Of a stretch of DNA of 64,000 nt, positions 53,251 through 63,287 are shown in pieces (positions within the stretch are counted from its first letter, which is position 1; every line of letters starts with the position of its first letter). The stretch covers positions 65,288 to 129,287 of the forward strand of contig CAZRSX010000003.1 in assembly GCA_964602865.1 (NCBI GenBank). The letters run 5' to 3'. The position numbers and the translations under genes are program-made. This DNA comes from an uncultured Candidatus Saccharibacteria bacterium. GTDB lineage: Bacteria > Patescibacteriota > Saccharimonadia > Saccharimonadales > JAGQNJ01. The notes under the pieces are model-generated. The model was not told where the DNA came from. It saw only the letters and a list, made by a program, of their open reading frames with translations, and searched no databases.

Positions 53251-54987
53251 ATGGCAAAAAAATCAACCAAGCGGCAAGGTAAAATGAGAAGATTCTTCAA
53301 CAAACTTAATCCTAATTCACCGGCCAAAAAATTGGTAGCGTTTGTACTAGTCTTTGCTGTCCTTGGTGGCGGATATTATGCCTATCGGAGTTTCGCCAGC
53401 ACCGAACAAGGCGTTGTTAATGGTAATATCGTTGCGTTGCGGGGGCAATTCCATCTTGCATCGTCGAGTAGTCAGCACGGTGTGTTTTTAATTGACCCTT
53501 CTTCTGGGCAGCAAAAAAAACTAGACTGGGCAACCCCCGATAGAGTAGGGTACAGCCTGGACTTTGGCCGTTTTGTCGTTTCGCCAGACGGCTACCGTGT
53601 AGCATATTTTGAGTGCCCTGCACTTACATCCTATTGTGACCTTAAACACAGCATCCTCCACAGTGGGGGTGACACAAAGCACGTCGCGCGCGTCAATACT
53701 TACGGTGTGCCTCCAGGTCAACTAAATTGGTCGACGGATAGTAAGTATTTAACGTTTGCTGGTACCAGTAGATCCATGGAAGGTCTCCCATGGGAACAGG
53801 GCTTTAGTGATGTATACAGTGTGCCAGCAGCTGGAGGAACTGTACTTAATTTAACAGGCTCTCGGCCTTCAAATTACTATTCAATACCCCTCTTCATTGA
53901 TGAAAAAAATATTATTGTACATCGAAGTTGGAAAGACGAGAGCGGCACTCATCAGGGTGGTCACCAAAAAATTGATGTCACCAATAAAACACAGTCAGAC
54001 ATAGAGCTTGATATAACCAGTGGAGACAAGGATGAATTTGATAACTACATATCGAGCTTCTTTATCCCAAATAATACACTGTATGACTATAATGCTCGTA
54101 CTGGTAAAACATTGTCTTCCCGGCTCAATGACCGCTCTACAGAAGAGTTTTTCATTGCTGTTGGCAAACTCGAATCCAACACAATTGCATACGAAAAAAC
54201 CCTCAAACATGAACTTTCAGACATAAGTGTCTTCAAGCATCCTGGATGGTCGCCCGATGGAAACCAGTTCTACGTAAATAATGCCGTCTTTGCGGCTAGT
54301 GATGGTGCATTAGTGAAGAAGTATGGTAATGAGTTTGACATCATAGACTGGGCAGCAAAATATGAGACGTTCAACCCTACCGGGGTCACAACCCGCCAGA
54401 CTATGTCTGCGTTCTTGTACCGTGTTGCCGGCAGTCCGGCTGTACCAACCGCCAGTCAAAAATGCGGCACAGGTAAACCAGGGCCATTCACCGACGTCAA
54501 AGGTGACCACCCATTCTGTAAGGAAATAGAGTGGATGAGGGCAACCGGCCAAAGTACCGGGTACAATGATGGTACCTACAAGCCCACCGAGAAAGTGACC
54601 CGCCAAACCATGTCTGCGTTCTTGTACCGTACCGCTGGCAGCCCAAGTGTACCCACAGCAACCCAGAAATGTGGTGCTGGCAAACCCGGTCCGTTCACGG
54701 ATGTGAGAGGCAATCATACGTTCTGCAAGGAAATAGAGTGGATGAGAGCTAACGGCATAAGCACCGGGTATGCTGACGGAAGCTACAAACCGACCGAAAC
54801 TGTCACCAGACAAGTCATGGCATCGTTCCTGCACCGGCAAAAAGGCGAACCCAATCCAGGACAAACCACGCCACTCTATGCTGACGTACCAAGCAACCAC
54901 CAGTTCTTTAAAGCCATACAGTGGCTCGGAGAACAAAATGAACCTGCTGCAACAGACAGAAGCATGACTTCAAAGAAAACGAACTAA
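53251..54987 (+). CDS. secreted beta-propeller-like protein with three C-terminal SLH domains
   Basis: 578 aa. Leader MAKKSTKRQGKMRRFFNKLNPNSPAKKLVAFVLVFAVLGGGYYAYRSFA. C-terminal repeats TRQTMSAFLYR...FTDV...F.KEIEWM...G.STGY.DGTYKP are S-layer-homology-like. Confidence 0.7.
   Translation: MAKKSTKRQGKMRRFFNKLNPNSPAKKLVAFVLVFAVLGGGYYAYRSFASTEQGVVNGNIVALRGQFHLASSSSQHGVFLIDPSSGQQKKLDWATPDRVGYSLDFGRFVVSPDGYRVAYFECPALTSYCDLKHSILHSGGDTKHVARVNTYGVPPGQLNWSTDSKYLTFAGTSRSMEGLPWEQGFSDVYSVPAAGGTVLNLTGSRPSNYYSIPLFIDEKNIIVHRSWKDESGTHQGGHQKIDVTNKTQSDIELDITSGDKDEFDNYISSFFIPNNTLYDYNARTGKTLSSRLNDRSTEEFFIAVGKLESNTIAYEKTLKHELSDISVFKHPGWSPDGNQFYVNNAVFAASDGALVKKYGNEFDIIDWAAKYETFNPTGVTTRQTMSAFLYRVAGSPAVPTASQKCGTGKPGPFTDVKGDHPFCKEIEWMRATGQSTGYNDGTYKPTEKVTRQTMSAFLYRTAGSPSVPTATQKCGAGKPGPFTDVRGNHTFCKEIEWMRANGISTGYADGSYKPTETVTRQVMASFLHRQKGEPNPGQTTPLYADVPSNHQFFKAIQWLGEQNEPAATDRSMTSKKTN
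54385..54950 (+). repeat. intragenic ~207-210-bp tandem repeats encoding SLH domains (about 2.7 copies)
   Basis: Units start near 54385, 54595 and 54802. The first two are highly similar at DNA level (…ATGTCTGCGTTCTTGTACCGT…AAGGAAATAGAGTGGATGAG…). Confidence 0.7.
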
Positions 54988-55035
54988 CAAAAATGTCGAT
55001 ACGTTCTTTGTGACCTAGTCCGTTGAGTTAACAAT

Positions 55036-56421
55036 ATGCGTCAAATAAAGTATTTGGTGAAAAACCTAACCCCGGAGCGGAAGATAACCTTAAGTGTTGC
55101 AGTCGCTTTGGGGATGGCGTGGTCGTGGATATTTTTTATCGATGCCACCAAGGTCACTAGCTCGTCGCTGATTGCCAACATTGTTGCTTTTATAAGTTTC
55201 TGCGCGACTGTGGGTTTAAGCGCCGGCATTTTCTACCTGGCGGTACGCTATCTGGTGCGCGAATATAAAAAGTACAAACGTGCCTCGTTTGTGTTTGTGG
55301 CCAAAGTTTTCGTTGTGTGGGCCTTGGCCGAATGGCTGATAGCCTTTGCCGTCGGCTTATTGTGGGCCGGGCGCAACAGCAGCCTGGATACGTTTGTGCC
55401 GTTTGGCTCGCTGACACCACTACTGATGTACACACCAATTGGATTTGCAGCGCGGTTCGTTGGCTATTACGGCTTATCTGCGCTCGTCGTTACCACAGTC
55501 ACTGCATTACTGCTCAAAAAATATCGCCGCTATGGGCTGATTCTGGCGGCCGGCTTCGTACTGCTCGCAACCGGAGCTTGGGCGCTGTACCGGACGCCAA
55601 ACGGCACAGCTGTCGACACGCTCATCGTGGCCGAAAAACTTGGCCAGCCGCAGCAGATTACCACCGACGCCGAGCTGGTGGTATTGCCTGAATATGGCCT
55701 GGACAACGTGGAAAGCGACCACGTCAGCAACCGACTGACCAGCACACGGGCGGGCGGCACAGCCTTTGTTGGCTCCAAACAATATCCAACCAGCAAAGGT
55801 GTCCAAAACGTCCTGATTTTTGGCACGACATCAGACGGCTTTACGCACGAACAAGCCAAACGGCGCCTGGTGCCAGCCGGTGAATACCTGCCCTACAGCG
55901 TCGAGTTCGCGCTTCGCGCCACTGCTCAAACCGGTATACTTGCTGAGTTTGAATTTAGTCGCGCCGTCATCCGGGGCGATAAAGCTATTGAAGTCTTCCG
56001 TGTCCGCGATGGTCTCGTGGTTGGCGCCGAAGCCTGCTCCAGCATTATCTCGACCGAAGATTACCGCCAGCTTACCCGCCAAGGCGCAACTGTACTCACC
56101 AACTCCGCGTCGCTGGAAGTCTTTGGCGGCTCAAAAATATTTGCCGCCCAACACAAAGGCATGGCAAAGTTTATGGCCGTTGCCAACGCTCGGCCGCTGC
56201 TGCAGTCCTCGATGGACGGCCTGGCTTTTGCCATGGATCACAACGGCACCATAAACCAGCGCCTCATGCCGGTTGGCACGGCCGCGGCCAGCGTCACGAC
56301 CAATCAACAAAAGACCCCCTACACCATCCTCGGCGACTGGCCCGTTGTACTTGGTCTAATTTATATCGTGTACATGGCTGTTGTCTGGGCAAAAAATAAA
56401 TACAAAGCTAAGCGAACATAG
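55036..56421 (+). CDS. apolipoprotein N-acyltransferase-like (membrane CN-hydrolase)
   Basis: 461 aa. Six to seven N-terminal TMs, then a nitrilase-like domain with VVLPEYG (Glu), KRRLVPAGEYLP (Lnt-like K..LVPFGEY) and GAEACSS (Cys). Confidence 0.6.
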   Translation: MRQIKYLVKNLTPERKITLSVAVALGMAWSWIFFIDATKVTSSSLIANIVAFISFCATVGLSAGIFYLAVRYLVREYKKYKRASFVFVAKVFVVWALAEWLIAFAVGLLWAGRNSSLDTFVPFGSLTPLLMYTPIGFAARFVGYYGLSALVVTTVTALLLKKYRRYGLILAAGFVLLATGAWALYRTPNGTAVDTLIVAEKLGQPQQITTDAELVVLPEYGLDNVESDHVSNRLTSTRAGGTAFVGSKQYPTSKGVQNVLIFGTTSDGFTHEQAKRRLVPAGEYLPYSVEFALRATAQTGILAEFEFSRAVIRGDKAIEVFRVRDGLVVGAEACSSIISTEDYRQLTRQGATVLTNSASLEVFGGSKIFAAQHKGMAKFMAVANARPLLQSSMDGLAFAMDHNGTINQRLMPVGTAAASVTTNQQKTPYTILGDWPVVLGLIYIVYMAVVWAKNKYKAKRT

Positions 56422-56443
56422 TACAATACACATAAGATCATCT

Positions 56444-57085
56444 ATGAACATCGTCGGCTATCAAGACAAACAGGTAAAGAAGCAGGAGAGCGCCTGGCGA
56501 CCGAGCCTTGTGCAAGTACTGCTCTACATCGGCACGGCGCTACTCATCGTGGCGATCGCCCACCGTGGCATTATCTTGAGTTGGTTGGGCGGCGATGCGT
56601 TGCAGAGCCTCGGCGGCCTCAAGTTTATTAGCGAGGGCGAAGATTACTACTTGACATCGCTGTTTGCCATACCAGTGCTGGGCACCATAGCAGTGATTGC
56701 GTTCTGGGGTGCGCTGGGGTGCATGTTGTACTGTTTGGTTTGGGGACTCGGCAACGCTGTCCGTGAAGCCAAAAAGTACGAAGAAATATCCGAAGGATCA
56801 GTCATGCCAGAGGGACAGACCAAACAAAAATTCTGGGCTGGCAGTCTGGCCAACATCATTTTGCTCGTCAGCAGCGTGTTTGTGTTCATATTGCTGCTGT
56901 CGGTTGCCTTCGGCTACACGCTGCAAGCCTCTGGGCAATTATTGACGCTGGTGCTCACCAACCCCCTCAGCTGGGACGCTCTGCTAGCTGGGCTTATCTT
57001 TGTCATTGGTAGCGTTGTGATTGGTCATGGCCTGTATCTGAGCCTGCATACGTTCAACTACGCCCGAAAAGTCGTGTTCTTTTAG
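56444..57085 (+). CDS. hypothetical 4-TM membrane protein
   Basis: Start at ATG 56444 (MNIVGYQDKQ). The track start at 56381 would overlap the upstream gene. Confidence 0.5.
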   Translation: MNIVGYQDKQVKKQESAWRPSLVQVLLYIGTALLIVAIAHRGIILSWLGGDALQSLGGLKFISEGEDYYLTSLFAIPVLGTIAVIAFWGALGCMLYCLVWGLGNAVREAKKYEEISEGSVMPEGQTKQKFWAGSLANIILLVSSVFVFILLLSVAFGYTLQASGQLLTLVLTNPLSWDALLAGLIFVIGSVVIGHGLYLSLHTFNYARKVVFF

Positions 57086-57537
57086 ATAACTTCCTGAAAA
57101 TAGTCCGAACCATCTGCGAGATGTACTGGTTTAAAATCACCAAATTTAAGCTCGGCAGGTACGACTTTTATGATTGACAGGCTTCCTTTGTTGAGCTTGA
57201 CAGCAGGTGATGGCCAGTGAGATTTTTCGACAGTAATCTTCCATAGCTGCTCTAGGATATCACTAATCACTGGCTCATCTGTTATCTTTTGAGCTGTTCC
57301 TTGTATTTGAACGGTTTCAGCGGTTTCTTCATCAGTAATAACAACTGACACCTGTGGGTTTCGTTTGATATTGCTATATTTCGTTGTCTCTTCACGCGTG
57401 ACAAAATACAGATTGAGGTCATGATCAACGGTGTAATACACGCTGGCGGCGTGTGGCGCCCCGCTAGCTGATACCGTGGCAAGTGTTGCCAGAGAATGCG
57501 CATTCATAAATCGGAGTGTTTTTGTCTCGCCGCTCAT
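57082..57537 (-). CDS. pyridoxamine 5'-phosphate oxidase-family (FMN-binding split barrel) protein
   Basis: 151 aa. LATLATVSASGAPHAASVYY...LYFVTREETTKYSNIKRNPQVSVVI is typical of PNPOx-like proteins. Confidence 0.7.
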   Translation of the reverse strand: MSGETKTLRFMNAHSLATLATVSASGAPHAASVYYTVDHDLNLYFVTREETTKYSNIKRNPQVSVVITDEETAETVQIQGTAQKITDEPVISDILEQLWKITVEKSHWPSPAVKLNKGSLSIIKVVPAELKFGDFKPVHLADGSDYFQEVI

Positions 57538-57684
57538 CTCGTTAGAACTCCTCCATTTGAAGTAAACTATGGGTATACTGTCTATTCATTGAGCTATCCT
57601 TCAAGGAGATTCTAACGGGACTCATACCCAGATAGCATACACCGGCGTATGAGCATTCTGCAACCCAAGTGATACAATAACGAT

Positions 57685-58086
57685 ATGAAACGGCTCAAAA
57701 GCATCCAGAACGAGTTGCAGTTACTGGGAGCAAGAAAAAAGCTTCTGGGCAAAAGAGAAGTCCAGGAGCTTGCCAATGTAATGCACCAAGACGAGAACAT
57801 CCTTGGATTTATACATGGCCTTTATCAAGGCGGTCTGTATGCTTTGCTGGTAATGACAAACAAACGTGTTATTTTTGTTTTAAAAACGCCGACTAATTTG
57901 GTCATTGACGATATTCTCTACAACATGGTTGCTTCATTGGAATATAATATCGGTATCTTTTGGGGCAAAGTCGAGCTATTCGCACGGCACAAAAACTACA
58001 GCTTTACCTTTGTCAACAAAGCATACATCATGCCCTTCGCCCATATCGTCGAAGATGTCATCTTAAAACAAGCCGTTCGGCGATAA
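57685..58086 (+). CDS. bacterial PH-domain (YokE-like) protein
   Basis: 133 aa. EVQELANVMHQDENILGFIHGLYQGGLYALLVMTNKRVIFV resembles the bPH/YokE pattern. Confidence 0.5.
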   Translation: MKRLKSIQNELQLLGARKKLLGKREVQELANVMHQDENILGFIHGLYQGGLYALLVMTNKRVIFVLKTPTNLVIDDILYNMVASLEYNIGIFWGKVELFARHKNYSFTFVNKAYIMPFAHIVEDVILKQAVRR

Positions 58087-58132
58087 CCACTTTGCCCAGC
58101 CAAAACCTCTGTTATACTAAATGATATAGGTT

Positions 58133-60658
58133 ATGGTAAAAACAAACAGTAAAAACTGGCATACCCTCCACAATCCACAATTGCTGCATGCTTTTCAGTC
58201 CAGCGAGCATGGATTGTCAGCTCATGAGGCAACTCGTCGCTTGCAACACTACGGCCCCAACATGTTGAGCGGCAAAAAAACCTCGGTGCTCAAGCGAATT
58301 ATCGAGCCGTTTACGAGCTTATTTGTTGTCGTACTTATTATTGCCATGGTCATTAGCCTGTTCATGCATGAACGGCTCGATGCCTTTATCATCGGCGTCG
58401 TGCTGGTGATGAACGCGCTGATATTTTACTTTCAGCAAATTTCGGTCAATCGAGTGCTTCGTGATCTCAAGGCTCACGAAGACGGCGAAGTAACGGTGCT
58501 TCGAAACGGTCAGGACGTCACCATTCCCGCATACGAATTGGTGCCAGGCGACATCGTACTGGTGTTTGAAGGCACCAAAATACCGGCTGATGGGCGACTT
58601 TTGGAAGTCAGCAATCTTCAGGTCAACGAATCAATGTTGACCGGCGAATCGCTGCCAATCCACAAACTGGCCGAACCGTTGCCCGAAAAGACAGAACTGT
58701 ATGATCAAAAAAACATGGTCTTTAAGGGCACATTTGTGCATACCGGCAGCGGTCGATTTATCGTCTGTGGAACCGGTAACGATACCCAACTCGGCGCTAT
58801 TAGTCAGCTTGCCGACAAAGGTGATACCGGCAAGACGCCGATTGAGCGCAAGATTGACGATATTACAAAGTACATCATCCGGGCAGTCGGCGTCGTAGCC
58901 GCGAGCGTGTTTGCACTGGCACTGCTGCGTGGCATCAGCACAAGCGAAGCCCTGCGCTTTACCCTGTCCATGACCGTGTCGGTGGTGCCGGAAGGCTTAC
59001 CTGTCACTTTGACTGTTGTACTGTTGCTGAGTGCCAAAAAAATGGCACGACACAAGGCGCTGGTGAAACAATTATCAGCTATTGAAACGATGGGCGCGGT
59101 GACATTAATCGCCACCGACAAGACTGGCACTCTGACCAAGAACCAACTGCAAGTTGTTGACCTGTTTGATGCCAGCGGCCACTTAGCGAAAACGGCCGGG
59201 GGCAGTATTACGATGCAAAATGGCGTTATCATGGATCCACTCGACGCAGTGCTCGGCACAAAATTTAAACGAACCACCGGCAAGCATATTGCCGACTTCC
59301 CGTTTGACCAACAACTCCGCGCCAGCGGTGCTGTACTCCGTGATGGTACACGGTACCAGCTATATCTGAAAGGCGCACCGGAAACGTTTCTCAAAAACCT
59401 CAAGCCCGGGCAGCGGTACCGGGCCCAGGAGATTCTCGACACATACACCAAGAAAGGTTACCGTATCATTGCCTTTGCCCACAGTACCAGCAGCAAGGCA
59501 GCCGACAGGCTCGATGCATCCCTCATCAAACAGGCCACATTTGATGGCTTTGTTGCGCTGGCTGATCCACTCCGTAGTAACATTAAACGGTCCATTGCTG
59601 AAGCAAAAATAGCTGGTATTAAGGTCGTCATGCTCACCGGAGACCACACCAACACCGCCGAGGAAATCGCCCGCCAAGCCGGCCTCGTCACCAGCAGCAA
59701 TGAGGTGGCCAGTAGCAAGCTGCTTGAGAAGCCACCAAACGCTACCATCATGCGGACCATTCTTGAGCGTGTCCATGTCTTTGGCCGAGTGTTGCCCAAA
59801 CACAAATTTAACTTTTTGCGCAGCGTCAAGCGAAGCGAGATTACCGCTATGACCGGTGACGGTGTCAATGACATACCGGCACTGGTCGAAGCTGATGCCG
59901 GCCTGGCGATGGGCAGCGGCACAGACGCCGCTAAAGATGCCAGTGATATTGTGCTGCTTGATAATAACTTTGGGACTATTATTGATGCTATTCGGCTGGG
60001 ACGCGCTGTCATCGCCAACATCCGTAAGATGTTGTACTACCTCATCTCAACCAGCATGGGCGAGGCCATGACGATGATCGGCGCCCTGCTCATGGGACTG
60101 CCCTTGCCCGTTACTGCCGTACAAGTGCTATGGATTAACATCGTGACCGATAGCTTTACTGTCTTGCCGCTGGGTTTAAGCGACCCGGAAAAACACCAGA
60201 TGAAACAACCGCCCTACAACCCCAAAGCACCACTGCTGTCGCGCGTACTGATGAGCCGGACGATCTTTGCTGCGCTCGTCATGGCCATCACAACACTGAC
60301 TATTTTTTACTTGTTGCTGCCAAAAGGCTACGCCTACGCCCAAACAGCAGCCTTTATCTCACTCGTCGTCGTGCAGTGGGCGAATGCTTTGAACGCCAAT
60401 TTTGAGCGCAGCAGCTGGACTGCCATATTCAAACGGCCAAACTACAAATTATTCGCTGGTATTTTGTTATCTATCGCTTTCCAGGCACTGGCGCTCTATG
60501 GGCCGCTTCGCGACGTCTTTGACATTGTCACGCTTGAACAAAGAGACTTCTTGATTGCTGCGATTGTGCCAATTATCACGATTCTGATCGCCATTGACTT
60601 GCACAAACTTGTGTCAAACATGCTAGGCTATACTAAGAAGAGGAAAGGAACATCATGA
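58133..60658 (+). CDS. cation-translocating P-type ATPase (P2/Ca2+-Mg2+-like)
   Basis: 841 aa. TGES, DKTGTLT phosphorylation site, MLTGDH, MTGDGVNDIPAL hinge, 10-TM layout. Confidence 0.9.
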   Translation: MVKTNSKNWHTLHNPQLLHAFQSSEHGLSAHEATRRLQHYGPNMLSGKKTSVLKRIIEPFTSLFVVVLIIAMVISLFMHERLDAFIIGVVLVMNALIFYFQQISVNRVLRDLKAHEDGEVTVLRNGQDVTIPAYELVPGDIVLVFEGTKIPADGRLLEVSNLQVNESMLTGESLPIHKLAEPLPEKTELYDQKNMVFKGTFVHTGSGRFIVCGTGNDTQLGAISQLADKGDTGKTPIERKIDDITKYIIRAVGVVAASVFALALLRGISTSEALRFTLSMTVSVVPEGLPVTLTVVLLLSAKKMARHKALVKQLSAIETMGAVTLIATDKTGTLTKNQLQVVDLFDASGHLAKTAGGSITMQNGVIMDPLDAVLGTKFKRTTGKHIADFPFDQQLRASGAVLRDGTRYQLYLKGAPETFLKNLKPGQRYRAQEILDTYTKKGYRIIAFAHSTSSKAADRLDASLIKQATFDGFVALADPLRSNIKRSIAEAKIAGIKVVMLTGDHTNTAEEIARQAGLVTSSNEVASSKLLEKPPNATIMRTILERVHVFGRVLPKHKFNFLRSVKRSEITAMTGDGVNDIPALVEADAGLAMGSGTDAAKDASDIVLLDNNFGTIIDAIRLGRAVIANIRKMLYYLISTSMGEAMTMIGALLMGLPLPVTAVQVLWINIVTDSFTVLPLGLSDPEKHQMKQPPYNPKAPLLSRVLMSRTIFAALVMAITTLTIFYLLLPKGYAYAQTAAFISLVVVQWANALNANFERSSWTAIFKRPNYKLFAGILLSIAFQALALYGPLRDVFDIVTLEQRDFLIAAIVPIITILIAIDLHKLVSNMLGYTKKRKGTS

Positions 60659-61182
60659 ACGTAAACCTTATCGCAGATAACAGCAACGTAACCGCAAAAG
60701 CCGTAGCTGAAATGACCGGCCGCAAAAACCAGATTTCCGGCAAAGCCGAGTTTACCGAGATTACTGTCGATGGCTTCCGCTACGTTCGACTGGTCCTTGA
60801 TATTGAAGGCGACCCAAAAGTACTGACGCCTGGTAAGCATGCGGTGCATATTCACGAAAAAGCTTCATGCGACTGCGATGATTTCAAATGCGCTGGCGGC
60901 CACTTCGACCCCGGCCCCAGCGGCAATACCGACCCCGATGCTAATCACGGCTATCATGCGGGCGACTTACCAAACATCATGATTGACGAGAATGGTAAAG
61001 GCCATCTTGAAGCTATCACGACCCGCATTACCCTTTCTGATGGACCAGTCTCGGTGCTCAACCAACCTGACGGCACATCACTGATGGTACACGCCAACAC
61101 CGACCCCTACAAACCAGGTGAAAGCGGTTCAGGTATCAGTGGCGGCCCCCGCCTCGCCTGCGGCGTTATTAAGTCAGTCTAA
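60655..61182 (+). CDS. sodC: Cu,Zn superoxide dismutase-family protein, no obvious signal peptide
   Basis: 175 aa. HAVHIHE, GGHFDP, NHGYHAGDLPN and LMVHANTD supply all expected Cu/Zn ligands. ATGA overlap with the ATPase stop. Confidence 0.75.
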   Translation: MNVNLIADNSNVTAKAVAEMTGRKNQISGKAEFTEITVDGFRYVRLVLDIEGDPKVLTPGKHAVHIHEKASCDCDDFKCAGGHFDPGPSGNTDPDANHGYHAGDLPNIMIDENGKGHLEAITTRITLSDGPVSVLNQPDGTSLMVHANTDPYKPGESGSGISGGPRLACGVIKSV

Positions 61183-61290
61183 CTATCGCCTTGAGACCAG
61201 TTCAATGAGAGCAAACGCTGCTGTTGACTTGGATCAACCGGACAGGCAGCTGCAACAACAAAATCTGATAATGTATCAAAGAACATTTTG

Positions 61291-62010
61291 TCACCTGCAT
61301 CTGCGGTTTGCCCAAGTCCAAACACAGCAATATCGGTATAAGGTAGCCGCTTCGCGCTCATACCGTTTTTGTATGGCTACACGTGCATATTCGGCCATAG
61401 TGTATCGACTAACTCCGACAAAACCTTCCATTCCTGGTGCATCAAGCAGCATGCCAATCCTTAAGCGCAATCCGTTTATGGTCATTGCTCTTTCGTCAGT
61501 TAAGCGTTCTGCCATTGCAAAGCTACGAGCCATTGTTTCGACGTCTGAGAATACCGCAAGCAAGCCTTCCTCGATACCCAAGTGCGAACCATAGAATTCT
61601 TTCATAAAATTGAAGTGCTCTTCGCGCTTTGACTCAGATACTTTGACTGCTGCAGAAACCTCACGAATAACCGTTGAGGCGACTCCTAGTCCAATAAATA
61701 ATTTTCGTGATACCCCGGCATATTCTGTTTCTGGTGGCAGCATATAACTTACATCCTGTTCGAGTTCGTCAAGATCAGCCAGGCTCATGCTGTAGTGATC
61801 ATTGGCCCTAACAATAGAGTACTGTCGATCTGTTACGCGTTCCAGTGTTTGTTGCGCATCTTCATCGCCGACAACAAGGGTTGGCATATTTGGCAAGTCC
61901 ACCTCCCAAAGCAGCCGTGGAGCGCCATAAGCACTAGCCATAGCTTCTTGTATTGTGCTTACTTCTGTTTGCGTAATTTCTGTGAATGTTTCTGAATTGG
62001 CACTCATCAT
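61291..62010 (-). CDS. hypothetical protein
   Basis: 239-aa ORF downstream of trmD on the same strand. No recognisable motif. Confidence 0.45.
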   Translation of the reverse strand: MMSANSETFTEITQTEVSTIQEAMASAYGAPRLLWEVDLPNMPTLVVGDEDAQQTLERVTDRQYSIVRANDHYSMSLADLDELEQDVSYMLPPETEYAGVSRKLFIGLGVASTVIREVSAAVKVSESKREEHFNFMKEFYGSHLGIEEGLLAVFSDVETMARSFAMAERLTDERAMTINGLRLRIGMLLDAPGMEGFVGVSRYTMAEYARVAIQKRYEREAATLYRYCCVWTWANRRCR

Positions 62011-62043
62011 AGTAAGTTTATTATATCATTTTAGGTTGAAAAA

Positions 62044-62709
62044 TCAATGTTTACTACGCCAGGCATCGATATCGGCGTGGTGGCCGCTCAGCAGTACAGC
62101 CGGGACCTTTTGGCCGCGAAAGTCTTCGGGTCGGGTGTACTGTGCATGCTCGATAGTTTTGTCGTCGTCTTGGAATGATTCTTTTTCAGCCGACGTTTCA
62201 CCGCCCAGTACGCCCGGCAGTAGTCGCACGACGCTATCGATTATGGTCATGGCTGGCAGTTCGCCGCCGGTTAAAACGTAGTTGCCGACGCAAAACTGTC
62301 TATCAACATAGTCAGTGATGCGTTCGTCGTAGCCCTCGTACCGCGAACAGACAAAAATCAAATCATGCGCGTCTGCTGCTAGTTTTTTGGCATGAGACTG
62401 TTTGTATATTTCGCCGCGTGGCGTCGGCAAAATCACGACTGCATCTGGCGATAGTTTTTTGGCGTGCTCAATGGCTGTTACTACTGGCTCGGGACGTAGC
62501 ACCATACCATCGCCGCCGCCATACGGGGTGTCGTCGACTTGTTTGCGCGGACCCAAGCCAAAATCACGCAGATTGATGTGCACAAATTCCACGGCACCGA
62601 TTTCCTGCGCCTTGTGCAGCATACTGGCATTCAACACGCCATCAAACATCTCCGGAAATAAACTTATCGTATAAATCTTCACAATACTTAGTCTATAGAA
62701 ATTTGACAA
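62044..62709 (-). CDS. trmD: tRNA (guanine37-N1)-methyltransferase
   Basis: KIYTISLFPEMFDGVLNASMLHKA, DDTPYGGGDGMVL and YEGYDERI are TrmD signatures. The start could instead be GTG at 62682. Confidence 0.9.
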   Translation of the reverse strand: MSNFYRLSIVKIYTISLFPEMFDGVLNASMLHKAQEIGAVEFVHINLRDFGLGPRKQVDDTPYGGGDGMVLRPEPVVTAIEHAKKLSPDAVVILPTPRGEIYKQSHAKKLAADAHDLIFVCSRYEGYDERITDYVDRQFCVGNYVLTGGELPAMTIIDSVVRLLPGVLGGETSAEKESFQDDDKTIEHAQYTRPEDFRGQKVPAVLLSGHHADIDAWRSKH

Positions 62710-62767
62710 ATATTACAATTGCTGCTAATTTAGCTATCGTAATATTAGGCGGTGGGAAGGAGTTTCA

Positions 62768-63211
62768 ATGTCAGAAATCTTAACACCAAAAAAGGCAATC
62801 AATGCAATTGTCGCGCTTGGTCTATCAACCGCTGCACTAACTGCTTGTGCTAGCACAGAGAGCACAGAGCCAATGGTTGTCGGCGTCACATGCCCTGAAG
62901 ACACAGCGGTCAATATCGAAAAAACCGAGAATCCGACCACTAACTACGGCAGCACTGCTAATATTTTCGTGTCTTGTGACGGCGAGCAGCCATCGTCAAT
63001 GCAGTTACTCAATGATGGCCATACCGAAGTTATTGACAACACCGAAGGGCAGTCACGAATTGAGATTGAAGCCGACTACTACGGAGGTGATAGCTTCCTA
63101 AACTCTGGCGAAGACCCTTTTCTTTCGCTCAATGTAAGCCCTGAAGAAGACCAAGCACAAATTATTGTCAACGATATTGATCGCGTTACACGAGTCGAAG
63201 TCGTAGAGTAG
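62768..63211 (+). CDS. putative lipoprotein
   Basis: 147 aa. The signal peptide ends in the lipobox-like LTAC (AALTACAS). Confidence 0.55.
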   Translation: MSEILTPKKAINAIVALGLSTAALTACASTESTEPMVVGVTCPEDTAVNIEKTENPTTNYGSTANIFVSCDGEQPSSMQLLNDGHTEVIDNTEGQSRIEIEADYYGGDSFLNSGEDPFLSLNVSPEEDQAQIIVNDIDRVTRVEVVE

Positions 63212-63242
63212 ATTGAAGCGCTCGTCAAATATGGCTTAATTC

Positions 63243-63270
63243 AAAATACCCGGGAAAACCGGGTATTTTT
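63243..63270. terminator. bidirectional rho-independent terminator
   Basis: AAAATACCCGG-GAAAA-CCGGGTATTTTT lies between convergent genes (lipoprotein + / KH protein -). Confidence 0.75.
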
Positions 63271-63287
63271 GTCGCGTGACCTTGACT

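Noticed and set aside
54310-54936. 208-aa minus-strand ORF within the SLH repeat region
   Set aside because: It is antisense to the SLH-encoding tandem repeats. The plus-strand frame gives canonical SLH-like repeats.
58804-60021. 215-aa, 147-aa and 187-aa minus-strand ORFs inside the P-type ATPase gene
   Set aside because: They are shadow ORFs antisense to a fully motif-supported 841-aa ATPase.
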